Below, in pieces: positions 9,784 to 17,635 of a DNA stretch of 64,000 nt (positions are counted from its first letter, which is position 1; every line of letters begins with the position of its first letter). Below the pieces are notes generated by a model. That model did not search any database and was not told where the DNA came from. It saw only the letters and a program-made list of their open reading frames with translations. A program made the translations under genes and the position numbers. The stretch comes from Candidatus Woesearchaeota archaeon. GTDB lineage: Archaea > Nanobdellota > Nanobdellia > Pacearchaeales > GW2011-AR1. Location of the stretch: assembly GCA_964447315.1 (NCBI GenBank), contig CAYURQ010000003.1, positions 10,078 through 74,077 on the forward strand. The letters are read 5' to 3'.

Positions 9784-10104
9784 ATGAGAAATAAAAGAGG
9801 TTCAAGTATGGCTACATCAACAATTGTTTTATTGGTTATTGCTGTATTGATTCTTGTAGTATTGGTATTGGGTTTTACTAAAGGATGGAGTACTTTTGCT
9901 CCTTGGTTAGCATCGGATAATATTGATAATATTGAAAAATCTTGTAGTGTTGCTTGTTCAACAAATAGTGAATTTGGATATTGTTCTAAAAAATTAACTG
10001 TTAAAGATGGGGAAAATGATCCTTTTGAGGCAACTTGTGAAGAATTATCGAATAATCCAAGGTATTCAAATTATGGAATAGACCCTTGCCCTGATTTATG
10101 TTAG
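9784..10104 (+). CDS. Short pilin-like protein (106 aa), candidate major pilin, six Cys
   Basis: MRNKRG|SSMATSTIVLLVIAVLILVVLVLGF, then a small domain with 6 Cys. It is the only pilin gene preceded by an AT-rich gap (9745-9783). Confidence 0.65.
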   Translation: MRNKRGSSMATSTIVLLVIAVLILVVLVLGFTKGWSTFAPWLASDNIDNIEKSCSVACSTNSEFGYCSKKLTVKDGENDPFEATCEELSNNPRYSNYGIDPCPDLC

Positions 10105-10315
10105 ATATTTTATTTTTAGTTAAATTTTTAAATTCAATTTAATTATTTTTTGTAAGTTAAAATGACATCTAATTCTGAAAGACGTAATAAGAAGAAAGAT
10201 AAGCAAAAAGAGAAAAAAAAGAATCCTTATAAGAGAGGTGGAAGAAATAGAGTCAATAAAAAAGTAAAAAATTAAATTCAAACAAGTTTATAAATTATAA
10301 TTTCTAATTTTTATT

Positions 10316-11167
10316 ATGAAAGAGGTTTTTTTAATTATTCTTGGAATTGCATGGATTGGATTTGCAATGCTTCAGGATTTAAAAAAAAGAGAGATTGCAA
10401 ATTGGTTGAATATTTCTTTGGTTGTTTTTGCATTATTTTTTAGATTTTTTTATAGTTTGTTTTTTGGAATTGATAATGGAGAGGGATTTAGTTTTTTAAT
10501 TCAAGGATTAATTGGTTTTGGGGTATTCTTTTTAATTGGAAATTTGTTTTACTATTCAAGGCTTTTTGCAGGAGGAGACGCAAACTTAATGGTTGCTTTG
10601 GGAGCTGTTTTACCATTTTCAATGAATTTAACTGAAAATATTAATTTAGGGGTTTTATTTTTGCTTTTATTCTTGCTTTGGGGTGCTATTTATGGAATCT
10701 CTTGGAGTATTTATTTAGGATTTAAAAATAAAAAGAATTTCAAGAAAGAATTTCAAGAAAGATTTAATGAAAATAAAAAAGTTGTTTATTTATCTTTAGT
10801 ATTAGGAATAATCTTCTTATTTTTTGGAATATTTGAAATTTCTTTTATTGCTCTTGGGATATTTATTTTTATTTTACCTTATTTTTGGTTTTTAGCTAAA
10901 TCAATTGATGAGGCTTCAATGGTTAAACTTGTAAATCCAATTAAGTTAACTGTTGGTGATTGGCTTTACAAAGATGTTGTTGTTAAAGGAAAAACAATAA
11001 AAGCTACTTGGGATGGATTAAATGAAAAAGATATTTCTTTATTGAAAAAGAATAAGAAAAAAGTTAAAGTAAGATATGGCATTCCTTATGCACCTGTATT
11101 TTTCTTGAGTTTTTTAACTTTAGTTGTTTTATGGTTGATGGGGTTTAAAGTATTTTTTATTTTTTAA
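10316..11167 (+). CDS. Prepilin/preflagellin peptidase, A24 family (PibD/FlaK/EppA-like)
   Basis: Two aspartyl motifs in the expected TM context: 'AMLQDLKKREIANW' and 'FAGGDANLMVALGA' (GxGD-type). Polytopic. Terminates the pilin operon. Confidence 0.8.
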   Translation: MKEVFLIILGIAWIGFAMLQDLKKREIANWLNISLVVFALFFRFFYSLFFGIDNGEGFSFLIQGLIGFGVFFLIGNLFYYSRLFAGGDANLMVALGAVLPFSMNLTENINLGVLFLLLFLLWGAIYGISWSIYLGFKNKKNFKKEFQERFNENKKVVYLSLVLGIIFLFFGIFEISFIALGIFIFILPYFWFLAKSIDEASMVKLVNPIKLTVGDWLYKDVVVKGKTIKATWDGLNEKDISLLKKNKKKVKVRYGIPYAPVFFLSFLTLVVLWLMGFKVFFIF

Positions 11168-11230
11168 AATAATTAAGTTTATTAATGATTATTTGTATAT
11201 TAAATTAATAATTTAAAGGAGGTTGAAATA

Positions 11231-11386
11231 ATGGATAAAAAAATTGTGGGATTTCTTGCATTGTTAGGAGGAGTGGCAACATTGTTAGGAAATTTTATTC
11301 CATCAATAAGCAAATATCCTCTTGTATTAATTGGAGGTATTGTTGCAACAGTTGCTGGTATTCTTGCTTTAGCTTCTAAATATTAA
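11231..11386 (+). CDS. Small two-TM membrane protein (51 aa)
   Basis: Strong SD 'aaggaggt' lies 7 nt upstream of the ATG. MDKKIVGFLALLGGVATLLGNFIPSISKYPLVLIGGIVATVAGILALASKY. Confidence 0.5.
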   Translation: MDKKIVGFLALLGGVATLLGNFIPSISKYPLVLIGGIVATVAGILALASKY

Positions 11387-11402
11387 TTTTATTTTATAAT
11401 TT

Positions 11403-12077
11403 TTAGGGGATTCTTTTTGGAATAATTATTTTTTTACTTTCTTTTGAGTCTACATATATTTTTTCTTTTTTTACTTCTGGTTTTTTTTCTGGTTTTTTTT
11501 CTGTTTTATTTAATACCTCTAATAAAGCTTGTAATTCTTCTGGTTTTCCTTGAGATCTTTGAGATTCTAATGTTTCTCCTTGATACTGTGGAAGAACATT
11601 AATTATTATTTCTCCTAATATACTAGAAGGTTTTACCATTACTTCTTTTGGATTTAATTTTTTTGCTAGAATTATTGAAATTTTTTCAGCTAATTCTAAA
11701 ACTTGTTTTGGTATATTAGAAGGTTCATAAACAGGCTTTTTAGGAATTATTATTGTATGCCCCATTGATATTGGATTTATTTCTAAAACAGCTATTGACT
11801 CTGAATTTTCATTTATTTTATAACTTGGTAAATTGCCACTAACTATTTGTCTAAACGGGGTTTCTTGTTCAATTTCTGAATTATTAGAATTGTTTAATTG
11901 TTCTGGCTCTGCAACTTGAACTATATTATTTATTTTTGCAAATTCAATAAATTCTGAATTACTCATTGAATTTATTTTTTCAATTAAAGGTTGTTTTTTA
12001 TCTTCTGGAAAATTAGAATTAATTTGATTTAGTAATTGTTGCTTTAATTCATTTATTTTTTCTTCTTGAATTTCCAT
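11403..12077 (-). CDS. HIT-fold-like protein with N-terminal extension; histidine triad not conserved
   Basis: 'PFRQIVSGNLPSYKINENSESIAVLEINPISMGHTIIIPKKP' matches the N-terminal half of HIT proteins. The position of HxHxHxx reads 'GEIIINVLPQY'. Confidence 0.5.
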   Translation of the reverse strand: MEIQEEKINELKQQLLNQINSNFPEDKKQPLIEKINSMSNSEFIEFAKINNIVQVAEPEQLNNSNNSEIEQETPFRQIVSGNLPSYKINENSESIAVLEINPISMGHTIIIPKKPVYEPSNIPKQVLELAEKISIILAKKLNPKEVMVKPSSILGEIIINVLPQYQGETLESQRSQGKPEELQALLEVLNKTEKKPEKKPEVKKEKIYVDSKESKKIIIPKRIP

Positions 12078-12115
12078 AAAATTATTTAGAGAAATTAGTT
12101 TATAATGATTTTGAT

Positions 12116-12388
12116 TTAAGCAACTTTTCTCATATCAATTAGTTGAGCTGATTGAACCTTTGGAATTTTAGAAAATTCTTCTTCTAAATGCTCTGTTTCT
12201 TTGTCATCTGGGTAGAAAAAGAATACAATTAGCGCTTTTAATCCAAAAGCAACTGGCTCAATAGCGTATTCCTTATTTTTTCCTCCAAAATCTTCAACTA
12301 TTTTTCTTGCAGATTCTTCAATTTCTTTTAAATCTACTTCTGGGGATTCAGGCATTAATTTATATTTTGCTCCATTTATTCCTGTCAT
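12116..12388 (-). CDS. ef1b: Translation elongation factor aEF-1 beta
   Basis: The internal ATG of the track ORF gives a 90-aa protein. 'KLMPESPEVDLKEIEE...IEPVAFGLKALIVFF...VQSAQLIDMRKV' is the archaeal EF-1beta pattern. Confidence 0.8.
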   Translation of the reverse strand: MTGINGAKYKLMPESPEVDLKEIEESARKIVEDFGGKNKEYAIEPVAFGLKALIVFFFYPDDKETEHLEEEFSKIPKVQSAQLIDMRKVA

Positions 12389-12475
12389 GTAATGAAAGTA
12401 CTTTAGTTGATTTATAAATTTTTGTATTATTAGTGTATCATAATTCTTATAAACTTGTTTTATTTTTTGTTTTTT

Positions 12476-13402
12476 ATGGTTAATGAAAATTATGAAAAGA
12501 TTGTTGAAAAAATTGCTCAAACAGCAGGAGTTGAAAAAGAAGAGGTTTTAAGAAAAATAGAAGCTAAAAGAGCTAAGTTATCTGGATTGATAAGTTATGA
12601 GGGTGCTGCACAAGTTGTTGCAGCTGAATTAGGGGTTAATTTTGATAATGAAAAACTTAAGATTGATGAATTGCTTCCTGGAATGAAAAAAGTAAATACA
12701 TCTGGACAAATAATTAATTTAGGTCCTGTTAGAACATTTAAAACTCAAAAAGGAGATGAAGGGAAGGTTTGTAATTTTTTTGTTGCTGATGATACTTCTA
12801 ATATTAAAATAGTTTTATGGGATACAAATCATATTTCTTTAATTGAAAAAGGAAATTTAAAGGAAGGAAGTGTTATTGAAATTTTTAATGCTTCTATGAG
12901 AGATAATGAATTGCATTTAGGTAGTTTTTCTGAATTAAAACCTAGTTCAGAAAGTTTTCCAAATTTGGTAACTGAAAAAGTTGTTAAAGAAAAATCAATT
13001 TCTGATTTCAAGATTGGGGATAGTGCTAGTGTTAGGGCTTTTGTTGTTCAGGGGTTTGAACCTAGATTTTTTGAAGTGAATAAAGAAACAGGAAGAAAAC
13101 CTACTGAGGATGAAAGAGCAAAAGGAGTTCCTCTTGAAAAACGGGCTTTAATAAATATTGTATTGGATGATGGAACAGAAACAATGAGAGCTGTTCTTTT
13201 TCATGAATCTTTGAAGGATATTGGATTAACTGCTTTAGATAATATTGAGCAATTAATTGTTCAAAGAGAAGAACTTTTAGGAAAGGAATTTGTTTTTTCT
13301 GGAAATGTGCGTAGAAATAATTTTTTTAATAATGAAGAATTTATAATTGAAAGTGCAAAACCAGTGGATTTGGATAGTTTAATTGCTAAGTTTGAAAAAT
13401 AA
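12476..13402 (+). CDS. rpa: Replication protein A-like ssDNA-binding protein (OB folds)
   Basis: 'AKLSGLISYEGAAQVVAAELGV' N-terminal helical domain, followed by two OB-like segments ('KVCNFFVADDTSNIKIVLWD', 'INIVLDDGTETMRAVLF'). Confidence 0.65.
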   Translation: MVNENYEKIVEKIAQTAGVEKEEVLRKIEAKRAKLSGLISYEGAAQVVAAELGVNFDNEKLKIDELLPGMKKVNTSGQIINLGPVRTFKTQKGDEGKVCNFFVADDTSNIKIVLWDTNHISLIEKGNLKEGSVIEIFNASMRDNELHLGSFSELKPSSESFPNLVTEKVVKEKSISDFKIGDSASVRAFVVQGFEPRFFEVNKETGRKPTEDERAKGVPLEKRALINIVLDDGTETMRAVLFHESLKDIGLTALDNIEQLIVQREELLGKEFVFSGNVRRNNFFNNEEFIIESAKPVDLDSLIAKFEK

Positions 13403-13465
13403 TAATTCCAATATATATTTTTTAATGATTAGTTTTATATATGATGTTTTATTATATGTTTTGTT

Positions 13466-16400
13466 ATGCGTAAAGAGAGGTTGATACTAGCTAGTCTAGT
13501 GATTGTATTAATTGTATTTGTAGGTTTAGCTTTTGCTTTACCTAACTTGCAGTTTTTATTTCCAAGTGTTCCAGATAATGGATATTCTTTAAAAGATTCT
13601 GTTACAATAAATGTAAGTATTAATAATACTGTTCCTAATTCTGTCTGGCTTGATTGGAACAATAGTTTAATGGTTTATTTGCCATTTGATTATTATAATG
13701 ATACTGGTGTTTTTGATAATTCGAGTTATGGAATGTTTGGAGAGTTTAAAGGGAATTTAAGTATTAACAATATAAGTTCTGGTATAAGAGGAAATAGTTT
13801 GGATTTTGATGGGGAGAGTGATTATTTTTTAATTAAGAATTCAGAATTGGTTAATACTGAAAACTATACTTTTAGTTTTTGGATTAAAACAGAGTCTTCT
13901 TCATTAGGAGATCAAGTAATTATTACTAATGGAAATGATAATGGGGAAGGAGTTATAGATAGTGTAGGTATAAGGCAAGGAAAAATAGGGTGGAATTATG
14001 TTAATGCAGGATCTTATAAAGAGGGAGCTACATCTACAGTAAATGATGGAGCTTGGCACCATGTTGTTATATCTGTAAATTCTACTAGAAATTCTTCTTT
14101 GTTTATTGATGGAGTTCAAGACATAATAACTACTACTTCTTTTTATAGGTCAGATTCTACAGGGAATTCTTATATTGGATGTAGGATTGCTTCAGAGTAT
14201 TTTTTTAATGGTTCAATTGATGAAGTTATGGTTTTTAATAGAAGTTTGAGTACAGAAGAAATTAGGGATTTATATAATCATACAGCTTCTTACTATAATA
14301 ATACTCAATCAAATCTTCAAGAAACTTTTTACAATTACAGTGTTTATGCAATGAGTTTAAATGGAGAATTAGAAAAAACTTCAAGGAGTTTTTGGGTTGA
14401 CTTAACTGGTGTTGGAACTGATTTTGTTTGGCCAACTCCTGTGGATTTAGGAAATCATCCTAATCGAGCAGCTTCAATAAATGTTAGTATTGGAAGTTTT
14501 AATCAAAATCATTCTGTTTTTGTTGATTTAAATAATGATTTACTTGGGTATTGGAGTTTTGATTATTACAACGAAACAGGGGTTTTTGATAATTCAAGTT
14601 ATGATAATTTTGGAGAATTTAATGAAAATTTAAGTTTGGATAATTTAACAGCAGGAGCTAGAGGAAGAGGTTTGGATTTTGATGCTTCTTTTGGTTATGT
14701 TGGTTTAAATGAAGAAGTAGTTATTACTGGAAATTCAACAATTTCTTTTTGGGCTAAAAAATCTGACTGGAGTGATAATAGAGTTGTTCTTGGAAATTCA
14801 GGAACTTCTATGTATAGTTTTGTTTACTTTAATTCAGTTAATAGACTGTATATTGAATCAGATTCAAGTGGAGATAACGCGTACGCAGTTTTAGATAATG
14901 TAGATAATGATATGCACCATTATATTATTGTTCTTGATAATTATAATGTTCAAATTTATCAAGATGGAGTTGCTTTATCTATGGGGGATGGAGATATTTC
15001 AGATGATGTTACTTTAAATAGAATTGGTGCTGCATCAGGCTCTTATAATTTCAATGGAACAATTGATGAAGTAATGATATTTAATAGAACTTTAAATAAT
15101 GATGAAATTCTTTATTTATATAATTCAACTGATAATTATTTTCAAGAAGCATATTCTGAATTAGAAGAAGGAAATAATTCTTTGAATGTTTATGCAATTG
15201 ATATTGCAGGAAACTTAGAAAAAATTTCAAGGAGTTTTGTTTTTGATTCAGTTGTTCCAGGAATTCAATTTCTTTACCCTACTCCAGGAAATCAACTACA
15301 AACTTCTGAATTAAACCATACAATAAATGTTACTTTAACAAATTCAACTAATTCTAGTCTTTGGATTGATTGGGAAAATGATTTGGTTGGATATTGGAGT
15401 TTTGATTATGCTAATGAAAATGGTATTTATGATAACTCTAGTAATAGTAATTTTGCTACTTTTAATGGAAATTTAGGAATAGATAATTTAAGTGTGGGTG
15501 TTAGAGGAAATGCTTTGGATTTTTATGGAGATGCCCCTTCTTATCTTTGGACTAGTAGAGTAAATTTTCACACTTATCCAGAAGGATGGAGTACTTTTGC
15601 ATGGGTGAAATATTATGATAATGGTGGTCTTTTAGCTAGTATATTTGGAGGAAATATGCTTTCTGTTAGAACTTCTGATGGTGCTTTAAGAATTTATGAT
15701 GGAATGGGTTATAAATATTCATCAGGAACTTTGTCAGAAGGAACTTGGATTCATGTTGGGGCAACTTGTGATAATGAAACTAATATTTTAAATTATTATA
15801 TTAATGGAGTTAATGATTCAGAACATCATAACTTTGATTGTGATTATTCATTATCAATTCGTTTTTATTCTATTGGAAATTATTATGTTTCTTCTTCTCC
15901 TTGGAATGGTTCAATTGATGAAGCAATTATTTTTAATAGGAGTTTAACTTTAGAAGATGTCCAAGCTCTTTATAATGGAACTGAAAGTTATCTTTCTTTT
16001 TCAAAAAATGATTTAATTGAAGGAACTTATAATTATGATATTTATGCAACTGATTTAGGAGGTAATATGGAAATTCTTTCTAGAAATTTAACAATTAATT
16101 CAACAACTTCTGAGATTGGTTTTGAAAAACCAACCCCTATTGATAATGTTTATTTTAATAATGAAAGTGCTTTAATTAATGTGAGCATTACAAACCCTAC
16201 AAATACTTCTGTTTTCATTGATTGGAATAAAAGTTTGATTGGATATTATAGTTTTGATTATTATAATTCAACAGGAGTTTTTGATAATTCAAGTTATGAT
16301 AATTTTGCTGGTTTTGGAGGTAATTTGGGTTTAGATAATTTAACAGGAGGAAGAAGTGGAAGTGCATTTGAATTTGATGGTGTTGGAGATTATATTCAAA

Positions 16401-17473
16401 CTCCAATTATTCCGGGAAATATGACTCAAGGAACAATTTCTATGTGGGTTTATCAAGAGAATCTTGGAGATTTAAATACTTTAATGGGTTCTAGACTTGG
16501 TGGTTCTACTCAAATAAAAATGGGTATTACAAGTAATAATTTTTATTTTTGGGTGGGTTCTAGTTCTGAAAATGTTGCTAGTATTTTAACTGAGGATTCT
16601 TGGCATCATGTTGTTTTAACTTGGAATGAAACCAATACTTTAGGTTATGTTAATTTAATCAATAGTGCTCAAGGAGATTCAAATGTTTCTAATCTTCCTG
16701 AAATTTCTAGTTTAGCTATGTCTATTGGTGCATTTAAAAGAACGAGTTCTTATGAAACATATTCAAAAGGAAAAATAGATGAGGTTTTAATCTTCAATAG
16801 AAGTTTAAGTTATGATGAAATTGCTTATTTGTATAATAATTCAAATCCCTACTTTAATTATCAAACACCTACTTTGAGCGAGGGAAATAATTATAGTTTT
16901 TCTATTTTTTCTATTGATGTAAGAGGAAATTTAAAAAAATTAGCAAGAAGCTTTTTACTTGATTTAGTTTCTCCAGGATTATCTTGGGTTTGGCCAACTC
17001 CTGATGATGATTTATATTCTAGAGATTCAACCCCTGTAATAAATGCAAGTTTAGCTAATAATACTGATACAAGTGTTTGGTTTGATTGGAATAATACTTT
17101 AGTTGGTTATTGGAGTATGGATTATTATAATTCAACAGGAGTTTTTGATAATTCAAGTTATGGAAGGTTTGCTACTTTTGCAGGGAACTTAACAAAGGAC
17201 AATATTACTGGGGGAATTAGGGGGGGTGCCCTTAAATTTGATGGAAAGGATAGTTATCTTAGATTTTCTAGAATTAATATTTCTACTTTTGCAGAGGGTT
17301 GGTCTGCCTTTGCTTGGGTAAAACATTATGGGGTTTCAGGCCAGAATGAAGCTATTTTTGGAGGATATTTTTTGCAGATTAATAGTGGGGATTATCGAGT
17401 ACAATCTTATGATGGTAGCGGATATAAATATTCAAATGTAAATATTTCAAAAGATATCTGGGCCCATGTTTGA
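13466..17473 (+). CDS. Giant surface protein, N-terminal part: signal/TM anchor plus LamG (concanavalin A-like lectin) repeat modules; ends at an in-frame TGA
   Basis: N-terminal hydrophobic 'LILASLVIVLIVFVGLAFALP'. The 'IDEVM[IV]FNRSL..EEI..LYN' LamG C-terminal strand motif recurs. Very dense N-x-S/T sequons. Confidence 0.8.
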   Translation: MRKERLILASLVIVLIVFVGLAFALPNLQFLFPSVPDNGYSLKDSVTINVSINNTVPNSVWLDWNNSLMVYLPFDYYNDTGVFDNSSYGMFGEFKGNLSINNISSGIRGNSLDFDGESDYFLIKNSELVNTENYTFSFWIKTESSSLGDQVIITNGNDNGEGVIDSVGIRQGKIGWNYVNAGSYKEGATSTVNDGAWHHVVISVNSTRNSSLFIDGVQDIITTTSFYRSDSTGNSYIGCRIASEYFFNGSIDEVMVFNRSLSTEEIRDLYNHTASYYNNTQSNLQETFYNYSVYAMSLNGELEKTSRSFWVDLTGVGTDFVWPTPVDLGNHPNRAASINVSIGSFNQNHSVFVDLNNDLLGYWSFDYYNETGVFDNSSYDNFGEFNENLSLDNLTAGARGRGLDFDASFGYVGLNEEVVITGNSTISFWAKKSDWSDNRVVLGNSGTSMYSFVYFNSVNRLYIESDSSGDNAYAVLDNVDNDMHHYIIVLDNYNVQIYQDGVALSMGDGDISDDVTLNRIGAASGSYNFNGTIDEVMIFNRTLNNDEILYLYNSTDNYFQEAYSELEEGNNSLNVYAIDIAGNLEKISRSFVFDSVVPGIQFLYPTPGNQLQTSELNHTINVTLTNSTNSSLWIDWENDLVGYWSFDYANENGIYDNSSNSNFATFNGNLGIDNLSVGVRGNALDFYGDAPSYLWTSRVNFHTYPEGWSTFAWVKYYDNGGLLASIFGGNMLSVRTSDGALRIYDGMGYKYSSGTLSEGTWIHVGATCDNETNILNYYINGVNDSEHHNFDCDYSLSIRFYSIGNYYVSSSPWNGSIDEAIIFNRSLTLEDVQALYNGTESYLSFSKNDLIEGTYNYDIYATDLGGNMEILSRNLTINSTTSEIGFEKPTPIDNVYFNNESALINVSITNPTNTSVFIDWNKSLIGYYSFDYYNSTGVFDNSSYDNFAGFGGNLGLDNLTGGRSGSAFEFDGVGDYIQTPIIPGNMTQGTISMWVYQENLGDLNTLMGSRLGGSTQIKMGITSNNFYFWVGSSSENVASILTEDSWHHVVLTWNETNTLGYVNLINSAQGDSNVSNLPEISSLAMSIGAFKRTSSYETYSKGKIDEVLIFNRSLSYDEIAYLYNNSNPYFNYQTPTLSEGNNYSFSIFSIDVRGNLKKLARSFLLDLVSPGLSWVWPTPDDDLYSRDSTPVINASLANNTDTSVWFDWNNTLVGYWSMDYYNSTGVFDNSSYGRFATFAGNLTKDNITGGIRGGALKFDGKDSYLRFSRINISTFAEGWSAFAWVKHYGVSGQNEAIFGGYFLQINSGDYRVQSYDGSGYKYSNVNISKDIWAHV
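17471..17473 (+). other. In-frame TGA interrupting the LamG giant ORF
   Basis: 13466 and 17636 are in the same frame. 'WAHV*AVCDNSTNILTYYINGVNDS' aligns with 'WIHVGATCDNETNILNYYINGVNDS' (GGG at 15758-15760). Confidence 0.9.
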
Positions 17474-17635
17474 GCTGTCTGTGATAATTCAACAAATATT
17501 TTAACTTATTATATTAATGGGGTAAATGATAGTTCTCAAAGTTATAATTGTGATTATTATAATGGAAATAGAATTATTTATATTGGATCTTATAATTCTA
17601 TTAGTTATTTTTTCAATGGAAGTATAGATGAAGTT

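Noticed and set aside
10162-10275. 37-aa Lys/Arg-rich ORF (MTSNSERRNKKKDKQKEKKKNPYKRGGRNRVNKKVKN) between the last pilin gene and the peptidase gene
   Set aside because: Poly-A-rich intergenic DNA readily yields such Lys-rich ORFs. There is no clear SD or coupling, and no similarity to a known small ribosomal protein. It is left unannotated.
17471-17473. Genome-wide reassignment of TGA to Gly (code 25-like), which would explain the in-frame TGA at a Gly position
   Set aside because: TGA clearly terminates other genes here at sensible ends. Examples are 6711-7208, aIF2-alpha (29659), 42757-43107, 45203-46048, 48138-49967 and 61760-62620, several of them with ATGA stop-start overlaps. The organism is archaeal. 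A local mutation, variant or read-through is more parsimonious.
17471-17473. Selenocysteine insertion at the TGA
   Set aside because: The aligned paralogous position is Gly in a structural beta-strand, not a redox Cys/Sec site. I saw no SECIS-like GC-rich hairpin downstream or in the 3' region.
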